This document shows, piece after piece, positions 37,938-50,465 of a stretch of 64,000 nt of DNA. A program made the position numbers and the translations under genes. The notes beneath the pieces were generated by a model. That model did not search any database, was not told the DNA's origin, and saw nothing but the letters and a program-made list of their open reading frames with translations. Each line of letters begins with the position of its first letter. Positions within the stretch are counted from its first letter, which is position 1. Origin of the DNA: Octopus bimaculoides (Eukaryota); contig NC_068981.1 of assembly GCF_001194135.2 (NCBI RefSeq), positions 77,598,054-77,662,053 on the forward strand. Direction: 5' to 3'.

Positions 37938-38259
37938 CGTGCGTGAGTGTATGTATGTATATATATGTATATATATATATATATATANNNNNNNNNNNNN
38001 NNNNNNNNNNNNNNNNNNNNNNNNNNNNNNNNNNNNNNNNNNNNNNNNNNNNNNNNNNNNNNNNNNNNNNNNNNNNNNNNNNNNNNNNNNNNNNNNNNNN
38101 NNNNNNNNNNNNNNNNNNNNNNNNNNNNNNNNNNNNNNNNNNNNNNNNNNNNNNNNNNNNNNNNNNNNNNNNNNNNNNNNNNNNNNNNNNNNNNNNNNNN
38201 NNNNNNNNNNNNNNNNNNNNNNNNNNNNNNNNNNNNNNNNNNNNNNNNNNNNNNNNNNN

Positions 38260-38320
<61 letters not shown>

Positions 38321-39093
38321 CCATATTTAAATGAATATATATGTATATATATTTGAATATATGTGCATATACTTATATATAAATATACATACAAATGTAT
38401 ATGCAAATATATACATATATGTGTGTATATATGTATATATATACATATATAGATATATATATAGATAGATTTATATACATACATACATACATATATTATT
38501 ATATATAATGTTCAATTATAGATATAATAGCCAATAATTTGAGCATAAAATAATGGATATTTTAAATCTCGAAAATAGCATTTCATCTGATAAGCTATAG
38601 CATCCGCGATGTAACAAGAAGTTTTCGATTCTGACAGTTGGTGAGACTGCGCATCAAAGCTGCGTAATGTCAAAGACGAGATAACTATTTCGTTTTATAA
38701 CGGCAGACGTTTGTAGTCATTATTTTAGATGTCATCGTTTATTTCTCCTTCTTTATATTGGAAGATTAATTTGAAAAAGAAAAGAGCCTAACAAAATAAA
38801 TAATAAGAAATCGTAACATAATGTTGTGTACATGCTACAGAGATATTCATTTCAATGATATAATTAAAGCACGAATTGAATGGTGATATTGATACGTAAA
38901 TATGATTCCTGTACAAACAGATCTTATATAGCGAAGAATGAAATAAGAGAACATAGATGTAATGCTATATTCTAGAATGCGTATGAACAAATGGAATTAC
39001 AGATATTTACTTGGAGATTTATGTGTAATAGATTTTATCCTTTTTTGTAGATATGTATGTGTATGCGTGTGTTTATGTATGTCTGTATGAATG

Positions 39094-39151
<58 letters not shown>

Positions 39152-40310
39152 CATATGTGCGTGTTTATATCTACGTATGTGTGATTTTGCGTTTGTGTGT
39201 CTGTGTGCATGTGTATGAGTGTGTGTGTGTACTGATATATAGAAATATAATATTAGATAGATGGATAGATAGATAGAAGATACGCAGACAATCACATAGA
39301 GAGATCCATGTACATTTTTATGAAGATAAATATATACGATTATATATTCATGTATATACATATATGCACATATATGTGTGTATATGCATGTGTTTATATG
39401 TATACATGCATATATATATAGGTATGTATGTGTATATGTATGTATAAAATATACACACGCACACTCATATATAAAGTTTGCAAATCCATTATCAGCTTCT
39501 CTAGACCTTCATGGTCTCTCCTTGTCGATGAATGAAGCGATGTTACCGTGTGTTGATGCCTCTTAATAGAAAGGATGAGGCAATTCAATTGCTGTAGACA
39601 TTAACGCCCAGTAATGTTGACCTCTATGTGTTAATTTCTGTTTTGGGTCACTGAATTTTATTCTGTCATTGTGAGAGAACAAACAACGGTAATAGTACAT
39701 TAATCACAAACAAAGATAAACAGCTGACTGCCGAAGCATAAATTTAAAAGTAAAAAAAAAAATCAATTCCGTTGATAATGCTTACACCAATCAGATTTAC
39801 ACCCTTCCACATCACCTTCCCATAGCCCTTCGTCCTCAAGGTCAAAATATAAAGGTATATAAACGATTTTGATTATTTGGAGAGCTTTACTATTCCAGAT
39901 AGTCTGCAAGGAATACGTAGAAAAATATGAAAAGAAATGATAGAAAAGCTAAAAATTGAAGTGCTTTCAATAGAACAAGGTTAAAAGAAAAAATGAAATG
40001 CTCTTCCCACTATTATACAAATAAACATTCACAGAAACATACATACATACATACAAACATACATACATACATACATACATACATACATACATACATACAT
40101 ACATACATGATGTGTTGTTTGTTCATTATGCTACAACGCAATTAGGTTTATGGGTGTGTAGATGTATATATATATTTGTTTATATATGTGTGACGCATTA
40201 TGTAGCGTCGCTTATGTAAATAACAAAAATTGCGAAACAACTGTCAACAAATGGAAGACATCTATTCTCTCACTTCACTCTTCTTATCTGATCAATGTTT
40301 CTACATATAC

Positions 40311-40470
40311 GCGCAGGCGTGCTGTGTGTTAGGAAGCTTGCTTCCCAACCACATGGTTTCAGGTCCAGTCTCACTGCATGGTACCTTGAGTAAGTGCCAT
40401 CTACTATAGCTTTGGGCCATTCAAACCCTTGGGAGTTTATATGGCAGACGAAAACTGAAAGAACCCCTTT
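40311..40470 (+). mobile_element. SINE family C head (tRNA-like) followed by (TA)n and a gap
   Basis: GAAGCTTGCTTCCCAACCACATGGTTTCAGGTCCAGTC...CTACTATAGC...AGACGAAAACTGAAAGAA. Confidence 0.85.
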
Positions 40471-40471
40471 T

Positions 40472-40507
<36 letters not shown>

Positions 40508-40904
40508 NNNNNNNNNNNNNNNNNNNNNNNNNNNNNNNNNNNNNNNNNNNNNNNNNNNNNNNNNNNNNNNNNNNNNNNNNNNNNNNNNNNNNNNNNNNNN
40601 NNTATAATTAGGTTGTTTATTCTTTAATCAGTATTTCGTCAAGAAATCAACAACACGGTACTTCTTCAAACGCACTTTTAGCCTGCAGTGAAGAACAGGA
40701 AGAAATTTACCACAGAGGAAGAGTTAGTCAATCAACATGTGCAATATGAACGACCTTTGTCATTTAATAAGAAAAATACTTATGTTCACTATTGCGTTAC
40801 ATTCGAGCCAACCATCGCTTGTGTGTGGTACTTTCTCTCAAATATCTTACCTTCTGAATGCCTACAGAGTATATTTTCCCAGATACGAGGGCCTTATTAT
40901 ATTT

Positions 40905-41610
40905 TTAAACCAGGAGAGGGCTCAAATCATTGCATTATCTAGTGAAGGATTCTCTGAAGTTGAAATTGCAAGAAAACTGAAATATTCGAGAAATGGTGTC
41001 CATCAAAAGGTATAATAAAACCAATTCTTTCAAAAACTGTAAAGGCTGAGTTTACAAAAAGTGTACAACCACGAGAGAAGAGAGGTTGCTGAAGAAGACA
41101 TCTCTGGTGGACAGGAAAAATACTTCTTTTGACGTAGCTGCTGAGTTCTGAGAGGTAACAAAACAAGGATATCATAGAAATGAAGGGCGACGAGCTGGCA
41201 GAATCGTTAGCACGCCGGGTGGAATGCTTAGAAGTATGTCGTCTGCCGTTACGTTCTGAGTTCAAATTCCGCCGAGGTCAACTTTGTCTTTCCTCTTTTC
41301 GGGGTCGATTAAATAAGTACCAGTTACGCAGTGGGATCGATGAAATCGACTTAATCCCTTTGTCTTTCCTTGTTTGTGCCCTTTATGTTTAGCCCCCTGT
41401 GGGCAATAAATATATATCATAGAAATGACCCATAAGATATAGCATAAAAAATTTTCGCAGATCATACATGTTTCGCCTTAAAATGGAATGTATACATTGG
41501 GTAGTGTACTCATAGATATATTATGTCTGAAAAACAACAGGATTTTCATAGCTGAAATGCCTTTGATCAGAGGTATGCTCAGCCAGTTGGGAAGCATGGG
41601 TTAAAATATC
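40905..41610 (+). mobile_element. Tc1-like transposase fragment (paired-like HTH), interrupted by a SINE
   Basis: ERAQIIALSSEGFSEVEIARKLKYSRNGVHQ, TTTREERLLKKTSL and a weak QPVGKHG. Confidence 0.75.
41184..41413 (+). mobile_element. SINE family A with alternative (Tx1-like) 3' tail and perfect 15-bp TSD
   Basis: ATATCATAGAAATGA at 41169-41183 and 41414-41428. Tail CCCTTTGTCTTTCCTTGTTTGTGCCCTTTATGTTTAGCCCCCTGTGGGCAATAAA. Confidence 0.95.
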
Positions 41611-42436
41611 CAACCAGTATCAGAAGCCCAGGTGACGCAGAGTTTATCACTACTACCTATCACTAATACCTTTACTCTTGCTGAAAATAAGTTACACTTC
41701 CAGTTTAAGGTCTAGTAGTTTGGGTAACGGAAACTTATACGAATGTATCAATGTGGTATAGTAATTCCTGACTTTTCTGTGAATAACTAAACTTTCATGA
41801 ACATGTATAAAATTACAGAAAAAGGCATTGCGAAAATGTTCTTTAAATATTATCTCTGCTATGCAAATTATGCGTTCGTACATGATAGATTGTGCTGACA
41901 GTATTATGAGAAGTGCTTTAGGTAAAGGAGCGGGAGCGAAATGATTTAGTTTCCGAGCTGGTGTGCAGAATGAAAGTTATATCTGAAACAAGGATTCTTC
42001 AAAGAATTGTGTACTTGATAGAATGACAATGAAAAATATTGGTTCGTATTGGTAAAACATAAAAATATTTGTTAGGGAAATATATACTTTACTCAAGAGT
42101 ATAACTGAAAGGGAAGAAATGGCATGCTCATCTGGCGCTCTGTTACCTTAGCTATCTCCAGTCTACTTCACAAGGGAAAATATTTCCTATATATATATAC
42201 ATACATGCTCAAATCTCCGAAGTTACAGGGTTTTCGGATTCTGACTTTATGGTATCATATCATTTGCAAAAGGAATACACAAAGAAAGCTAAACTTAGTG
42301 ACTATATCGAAAAATTGAAAAACTGAAATTGCGTAGCAACATCACTTCATGATAGCTTACTTACACAGGAGGTGACAAAGACAAGAAACTATTCAATACT
42401 GATATATGTATATATATATATATATATATGTACATA

Positions 42437-42470
<34 letters not shown>

Positions 42471-43336
42471 NNNNNNNNNNNNNNNNNNNNNNNNNNNNNN
42501 NNNNNNNNNNNNNNNNNNNNNNNNNNNNNNNNNNNNNNNNNNNNNNNNNNNNNNNNNNNNNNNNNNNNNNNNNNNNNNNNNNNNNNNNNNNNNNNNNNNN
42601 NNNNNNNNNNNNNNNNNNNNNNNNNNNNNNNNNNNNNNNNNNNNNNNNNNNNNNNNNNNNNNNNNNNNNNNNNNNNNNNNNNNNNNNNNNNNNNNNNNNN
42701 NNNNNNNNNNNNNNNNNNNNNNNNNNNNNNNNNNNNNGCCACTGATCTTTGATGAGAGAGACAAAATCTTGGCAATCTTATATCTACTTTTCCAGTGAAA
42801 TTCTTCACTGATATCGAAAAGGTGAAAACAAGCAATGTTAATTCTCTAAATGAAGTATTAACAGTAACTGCACGATAAAGTGTAGTATATTGCCACTTAA
42901 GTGTGGCTGACCCCTAGGGGTGGATGTTACTGTTGCTTTTATCCCCAGGAGGACATCTCCTCCAGCTGGCTTATCGACACACTACTGTGTCCTGTTTGCC
43001 AAGGGAAGTTATCCCTCCCATCATGATCTGTAGCACGAACGGACCCGTTAAATGTTTTAATTCGGTCTATTTTCCTCGCATACTGTTTTTCTCTGTTATA
43101 TTGGTGCACTACGGTGGATTATTTAAGACTTGGCTCTTATTTCTGCTCATTAAGCATCATTACGATATTTCATAGCTCCTTAAAGCTATCATAACTGCGT
43201 TCCACCAATGCTACTACTGGTGATATCATCAAATTTTGAATTTATCCACAGATGATATGAACAGTAGTGACATCTAACTTCAAATCTAAGCGTTTGAATA
43301 TTTCATTTAAATATATATATATATATATATATTATA

Positions 43337-43620
43337 CATCCTTGGCCAAAATTACGGAGCAGGTATGAAAAAATAGAGAATATGATTGAAATTCATTTAC
43401 TTAATAATCGAAAACAGTATAATGAAAAGTCTACAGTCTCTTTCATCAATAATTAGTATTTGATATGTCCTTTTGCATTTATAACCACTTTTATACGTTT
43501 TTGCATACCTGAGACACAAGTGCCTGGGTCAAGTTGGTTCAAGTGCCTGGGTCAATCTTCTGCAACTCATTGTGTGACACTAACGTTTTCCCCCATTCTT
43601 TAAGTGAATATCTTATGAAT
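43337..43620 (-). mobile_element. Tc1-like 3' end with TIR next to (TA)n
   Basis: TA followed by CATCCTTGGCCAAAATTACGG (TIR). Minus frame GMQKRIKVVINAKGHIKY* (stop 43453-43455) matches the Tc1 C-terminus. Confidence 0.8.
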
Positions 43621-43679
43621 AACTTAACAATCGTTAATATTAATTAAAAATTTCTCCGAGGAAATAGATTCTCCTATCT

Positions 43680-43830
43680 CAAAGGGCTCAGCTCAATGCA
43701 TTATCTAGTGAAGGATTCTCTTAAGTTGAAATTGCAAGAAAATTGAAATATTCGAGAAAAAGCTGTCCATCAAAAGGTACAATAAGACCAATTCTTTCGA
43801 AAACTGTAAAGAACGAGTTTGCAAAAAGTG
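43680..43830 (+). mobile_element. Tc1 HTH fragment, second copy of about 40915-41065
   Basis: TGCATTATCTAGTGAAGGATTCTCT.AAGTTGAAATTGCAAGAAAA.TGAAATATTCGAGAAA shared between the two copies. Confidence 0.85.
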
Positions 43831-43881
43831 TGGGTTCATCATACTGTTGTAAATACTTATCATCAATTTCGTTAACAGTTT

Positions 43882-43913
<32 letters not shown>

Positions 43914-44979
43914 TGTATGTATGCAAAACAGTTTGACTTAGCTGCAGGCAACTCAAAGTTTCGTAGACACGTAGAATGAACATAGCTTGTAAGGCATATG
44001 AATATTGAATGTATATATGTGTGTGTNNNNNNNNNNNNNNNNNNNNNNNNNNNNNNNNNNNNNNNNNNNNNNNNNNNNNNNNNNNNNNNNNNNNNNNNNN
44101 NNNNNNNNNNNNNNNNNNNNNNNNNNNNNNNNNNNNNNNNNNNNNNNNNNNNNNNNNNNNNNNNNNNNNNNNNNNNNNNNNNNNNNNNNNNNNNNNNNNN
44201 NNNNNNNNNNNNNNNNNNNNNNNNNNNNNNNNNNNNNNNNNNNNNNNNNNNNNNNNNNNNNNNNNNNNNNNNNNNNNNNNNNNNNNNNNNNNNNNNNNNN
44301 NNNNNNNNNNNNNNNNNNNNNNNNNNNNNNNNNNNNNNNNNNNNNNNNNNNNNNNNNNNNNNNNNNNNNNNNNNNNNNNNNNNNNNNNNNNNNNNNNNNN
44401 NNNNNNNNNNNNNNNNNNNNNNNNNNNNNNNNNNNNNNNNNNNNNNNNNNNNNNNNNNNNNNNNNNNNNNNNNNNNNNNNNNNNNNNNNNNNNNNNNNNN
44501 NNNNNNNNNNNNNNNNNNNNNNNNNNNNNNNNNNNNNNNNNNNNNNNNNNNNNNNNNNNNNNNNNNNNNNNNNNNNNNNNNNNNNNNNNNNNNNNNNNNN
44601 NNNNNNNNNNNNNNNNNNNNNNNNNNNNNNNNNNNNNNNNNNNNNNNNNNNNNNNNNNNNNNNNNNNNNNNNNNNNNNNNNNNNNNNNNNNNNNNNNNNN
44701 NNNNNNNNNNNNNNNNNNNNNNNNNNNNNNNNNNNNNNNNNNNNNNNNNNNNNNNNNNNNNNNNNNNNNNNNNNNNNNNNNNNNNNNNNNNNNNNNNNNN
44801 NNNNNNNNNNNNNNNNNNNNNNNNNNNNNNNNNNNNNNNNNNNNNNNNNNNNNNNNNNNNNNNNNNNNNNNNNNNNNNNNNNNNNNNNNNNNNNNNNNNN
44901 NNNNNNNNNNNNNNNNNNNNNNNNNNNNNNNNNNNNNNNNNNNNNATATATATATATATATATATGCATATATATATAC

Positions 44980-45044
<65 letters not shown>

Positions 45045-45096
45045 CACACATGTAAATATATATTTATATATATACACACTACTAAAAGATAAATAA

Positions 45097-47430
45097 GTAC
45101 CAAAAATCAAAGACAATGACTAAACTGAACACACTCAATCACAGAGATCAAGAAGGTTTAACAAACAAAGAATGTGTCTACCAAACCTATTTTGATTGCC
45201 AGACTAGCTACTTCTACGGTCTCCCCAAAATCCATAAGAATCAAACTATTAAGAATGCAAGTAAAGAACCAACTTGCATAAACATACAATATCTCACCCA
45301 CCTTAAATTTAGACCAATCGTAGCATGCCCGATCTGTGAAACACCGACTCAGCAACTTTTTAAATATATTACTGAAACCTATTTTAAAACATATACCCAG
45401 TTTTATGAGGAACGACCTGGATCTGTTAAACCACCTCTCAAAATCCATAAACAATGATACTACTATTGTATCTTTTGATGTGGTAAATCTATATACCACA
45501 ATCCCACACTAATATAGACTAGAGGCAATAAATTTCTGGCATGAGAAATTCTCTCATGAAATTCCGGACAGAATTGAAAAGAGTTTCATCACTGAAGGAT
45601 TAAAGTTTATCCTCGAAAACAACTTTTTTGACTTCGATGGCAATATTTATAAACAAATATCTAGGACTGCGATGATGGCAAAAGTTGCTCCGACTTACGC
45701 CAGTCTAGTCATGGCATACAGGGAGGTCCAAATATATAAAGAATCTAAATTAATATATGGCTTGAACTTCCACAAATATCTACTACATAACTGGAAACGT
45801 TATTTAGATTACTGCCTAATCCTATGGACGTACACATTTGAACTTATAGATTTCAAAAATCTAATCAATAGCATAAACGATAATATTAACTTTACCATGG
45901 AATGCAGTAAAACTCAACTACCATTCCTGGATATACTAATCATCAAAAGAGATAAAATCATTGAAACAGATATGCACTACAAGATTTTAAACAGCACTTA
46001 CTGTTCTCCTCTTGCCATCCCAAATACACAAAGAATAATATCCCCTTTCATCTAGTAATAAGAATCTGCACAATTATCTCAAATCCCGAAACTAGCAATA
46101 AAAGACTCCAGGAACTAAAACAAGTACTACTTAAAAGACAATATCTATTAATTCTAATAGACAACGGAATATAAGGCGCCAAAATAATAAATATCGAAGT
46201 ACTACGAAAAACGGAAAACGCTCCAGTTACATCCAATACTCTACCCTTTATTGCAACGCATAATCCAAGAAACACAGAGGTTTACAATATTATCCACCAG
46301 AACATCCCACTTACCAAAACAAGACCCAAGAATGAAACAAACATTCGAAATACACAAAACAATCAAAAGTCCCTCAAAACATTCTTCACAAGTGCTAAAT
46401 TACCTTCCACAATTCCTACACCAGCAGTAAAACTGCTGGACCTGCATCAACCTTATTGAAGACACAACAAACAGATTCAAATCGAGGGAGATTTTTACCA
46501 TAAAAAAATTACTTTACATGTTCTTCAAGGAATTTAATAAACGCCATCATAGGTCAAACAAAGCTTACTCTAACAAATAGACCGACCATTCACCGACAAC
46601 AAATGCAAGACCCCAGTACTAGACAGATTCCACTGAGTGGACACATAGTCATGTGTGCAAAAAACAAGTCCCCCAAATTCTACTTCTTCCTCACTCTACC
46701 TCATATTTAGCGAAAATCACAGATGAAGCACGGATAAACAAAGGAAAGGCTTTCATACAAAAGTACAAACCAAGACTTAACAAACCTTAACAGAGTACAT
46801 GCATAAATAACAATTCACACGCAAAATTCATTCTATCACTTAATATGAAGGAGCTACACAGCTAACAACCTAAATTTTACCAACTGGACTACATATAAAC
46901 GACTCCTGTTCACTCTCCCACCAGACAGATTAAATTAGGAGTGCCTTAATTAAAACGAAACATGTGCACTCAACCGTATCGGCTTTCTTTTTAGGCGTAA
47001 AATATAGTCACGTGACACTAACGCACGAACGTATCGGGAAACGGACAAGAGGTTATAAACTTAATCATGTGTTCATTCTCTGCAAACACTTGGCAGAAAA
47101 CATTTAGAGCATTGATTGTTTGAACATGTTCAGTCAACCGTGTCAGCCTTAACTTACGATGCCAAACATTGTCACTTGATATTAACAAACGGACGTAGTG
47201 AGACCCTACAAAAATTTCTAGGACCAGTCATGTGACTATCCTCTACTAATCTAATCCTATTCAAAATATATATTAATTTGAGCCATGAACTCCCTATAAA
47301 AATAGGGCAAGCTTCAAACAATAGTCAGAAGCAAGACAGCTGCAACATAAGCCTTGTCTTTCTATTTGAACTTTTTGAAAATCAGTGTAAACTGTGAAAC
47401 CGGTTAAAGCTTCAAATATATTAATAAAAG
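45097..47430 (+). mobile_element. Penelope-like element (RT plus GIY-YIG, Neptune-like), 5'-truncated, with 3' pLTR/UTR
   Basis: FYGLPKIHK, FRPIVAC, SFDVVNLYTTIP, GTAM.AKVAPTYA, RYLDY (YxDD broken), LPFLDILI, partly deleted GIY-YIG IGQT..L..R...HRQQ, FIQKYKPRLN (stop 46788-46790). AATAAA at 47423-47428. Confidence 0.9.
47363..47418 (+). ncRNA. Degenerate type I hammerhead ribozyme of the Penelope pLTR
   Basis: 12-bp stem I with a 1-nt bulge (47363-47374 with 47406-47418), core TTGAAAA in place of CTGANGA, stem II CAG/CTG, GAAA, palindromic minimal stem III ACCGGT, N17 = T. Confidence 0.7.
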
Positions 47431-47781
47431 ATATTGTAACTATNNNNNNNNNNNNNNNNNNNNNNNNNNNNNNNNNNNNNNNNNNNNNNNNNNNNNNNNN
47501 NNNNNNNNNNNNNNNNNNNNNNNNNNNNNNNNNNNNNNNNNNNNNNNNNNNNNNNNNNNNNNNNNNNNNNNNNNNNNNNNNNNNNNNNNNNNNNNNNNNN
47601 NNNNNNNNNNNNNNNNNNNNNNNNNNNNNNNNNNNNNNNNNNNNNNNNNNNNNNNNNNNNNNNNNNNNNNNNNNNNNNNNNNNNNNNNNNNNNNNNNNNN
47701 NNNNNNNNNNNNNNNNNNNNNNNNNNNNNNNNNNNNNNNNNNNNNNNNNNNNNNNNNNNNNNNNNNNNNNNNNNNNNNNNN

Positions 47782-47928
47782 GGAAAACAAAACCAAGGCG
47801 GGACGAGCAACTCAGGTCATTCTCAATATTTGATTAAAGTGAAAATTAATCAAAAAAGGATTCATTTTTACTCTAATTAAATATTCAAAGTGACCTGGGA
47901 TGCTCGTCCAGCCTTGGTTTTGTTTTCC
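47782..47928. repeat. 147-bp imperfect palindrome (hairpin/MITE-like)
   Basis: GGAAAACAAAACCAAGGCGGGACGAGCAACTCAGGTCA (47782-47819) pairs with TGACCTGGGATGCTCGTCCAGCCTTGGTTTTGTTTTCC (47891-47928); the AT-rich interior also pairs. Confidence 0.9.
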
Positions 47929-48216
47929 TTTTCCTTTAATATAATTCTGCTGACTCGGAATCCTCCAGTCCTGAGGCACTTCCTCACTTCTCCAACAGTG
48001 ATAAATTAATATATTTAAGAGTTCAGATATTTTGTCAAGCCCATATTTCAAGTTCTCTGCGCAGATTGCATCAGACCCTGGAGACTTATTGTTATCCAAC
48101 TTATCCACAGCTAAATAAATGTCATTTAGATTTGGTTCAAATGCTATCTCCACTATAACTGGAAGGTGTTCGATTTTTTTCACTTTTCTTTTTTTTTTAT
48201 CAGGGTCTTGCATCAA
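47929..48216 (-). mobile_element. RTE/BovB-like RT domain 0-1 fragment
   Basis: EPNLNDIYLAVDKLDNNKSPGSDAICAENLK, CWRSEEVPQDWR, KGKG. Confidence 0.85.
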
Positions 48217-48615
48217 GATATGAAGGCTGGAATTAAGTTTTGGTGGTAGACTTTCTGACTATTTTGCCGTGGAAAATGGAGCAAAGCAAGGAGACCTTGA
48301 TGCACCCACCCTTTTTGCAATGTTCTTTGTTGTCGTGCTGTCACACGCATTTCAAAACTCTGAGGAGGGTATTTACATAAAATATCGAACAACAGGAAAT
48401 GCTTTTAACCTGACCAGACTGAAATTCAAAACAAAGGTTTTTACTTTACTCATTACAGAACTCTTATACGCTGACGAATGCGATCTAGTCAGTCATTCTG
48501 AAACAAGTCTGCAATCTCTTGTATCTGCATTTGACTCAGCTTGTGATGATTTTGGCTTGATCATCAGCTTGAGAAAAAAAAACAGTTGTAATGTATCAAC
48601 CTACACAGACTATGA
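48217..48615 (+). mobile_element. RTE/BovB-like RT domain 4-5 fragment
   Basis: VENGAKQGDLDAPTLFAMFF, GIYIKYRTTGNAFNL.RL, ELLYADECDL, FGLIISL.KK. Confidence 0.88.
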
Positions 48616-49300
48616 AGAAAGTTAGGTGGTATGAGATGAATATATCTATTTCACCAGTCGATATCCATGTGTGTGTGAGATAGAGAGAGAAAGAGGGGGG
48701 TATGTGTGAGCAAGTTTGTGTATGCATATGTGGATATGCATACGTGTGCATGTATGCATATGTGTATATCTGAATATATGCATACTTATGTATGTGTATA
48801 TGTTTGTATGTTTCTGCAGCTATGATGCGTGAGGATGTGGCGGTGGGAGGGATGTTAATTTAGGTAATATTTAAACAGTACATACTCTCATACCTGAGTG
48901 ATGCCTATTATATTTGCGATGTCCTTTGTCAAGAGACATTGTCAATTCAGACAGTGCTTTTAAGATTTTAATTATATAAGCAGTTCAGTGATAGGATTTT
49001 GTAATCTGACAGTATTGCATGCTATAATCTATTACGGTAAAGCGCACAGTACCGTCGAGGTGTTTATAGCTGTCTGTACACAGAATATTTCCCGAAAATA
49101 TAAACATAAGTTGTTTATGTCTTTCTATATACAATAGTAGCAGAAAAAAGCTATAGAGTTACTCTCTAGTACAATAGTGCATGGAAACTACTCGCTATTA
49201 AAGCAACGGTAATTTATAAATCGAACCACTACAGGAATGAATTATATATGCAAATTGGTTTATTCAAATATATTTTGGATCTAATAATAGTAGATTAATA

Positions 49301-49493
49301 AGGCGGCGAGCTGGCGAATTCGTTAGCACGCCGGGAAAAAGGCTTTACGTTCTGTGTTCAAATTCCGCCGAGATCCGCTTTGTCTTTCATCATTTCATGG
49401 TCGATAAAATATGTACCAGTTGAGCACTGGGGTCGATCTAATCAACCTATCCTTCCCACGAAATTTCTGACTTTGTGCCATAAACTTGAAAAC
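49301..49493 (+). mobile_element. SINE family A copy with ~20-bp diverged TSD
   Basis: Head, B box and core; AATAATAGTAGATTAATAAG (49283) versus AATAATAATAGATTTATAAG (49494). Confidence 0.9.
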
Positions 49494-50179
49494 AATAATA
49501 ATAGATTTATAAGCACTGTCTCCATGGGCAGCTGGAGAGAATCCTTAGTCACTGATAAATTCTGAATACAATATGACTGATCCCTAGTTTTCAATCCACA
49601 AAGTTATTGTCTCTAAAGACGTTTATTTATTTCTAATTACACATAGTTGGTTAAAAGAAACAAAACACATTGACGCTCTCTCTTAGTATTCATTACACAA
49701 AAGTCCCCTTTGAAATTGTTTCCATTTTTTCTTTTGTTGATAATCGTAATGAGCATGACTACATAATCTTGCCATTACTATACATTTGATAGCTTATATG
49801 TTTTGCCAGAAGGAATTAGCATGCTGCACCGAAGAGTCCAAATAAAATCGAAACAAGTACATTGCTTTCACCAGTTGATGCTAAAGACAAAATGCATCGC
49901 CTTAAATTTTCAAAAATTAGGCTAGTCGATATTATTGAAGTTACCCTCCTTGATTCTTTTTGCTTAGATTTTAAATACATCTAGATGGTAGGTATCTTTT
50001 TATCCCAATCTACTTGGTCTTCTTCTTTTAAGTTTCCCGGTTGTCACAAAGCCTTCGAAACTTTGATTTCTCATATGTTGTCCTTTGAAACTAATCTGTT
50101 GCCTTCTCATCTTTTTAGGAAGCTTTCTGACCATTTCTGATCATCGATGAGTTTATATATAAATGGATATAAAACATAA

Positions 50180-50199
50180 TATACATTAATGTGTGTGTG

Positions 50200-50268
<69 letters not shown>

Positions 50269-50465
50269 TACCACCATCGCTTGAGAACAAATGGTAGTGT
50301 GTTTATATCCGCCCGTAACTTAGCGGTTCGGAATAAGAGACCAGTAGAATAAGTACAAGGCCTATAAAGAATAAGTACGGGGGTCGACTTAAAAACCTTG
50401 AAGGCGGTGTTCCAGTATGGCTGCAGTCAAATGACTGAAACAAGTAAAAGAATAAAAGAATAAGT
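50180..50465 (+). mobile_element. SINE family C body preceded by (GT)n
   Basis: CATCGCTTGA...CCGTAACTTAGCGGTTCGG...GAATAAGTAC...GGGGTCGA...ATGGCTGCAGTCAAATGACTGAAACAAGTAAAAGAATAAAAGA. Confidence 0.88.
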
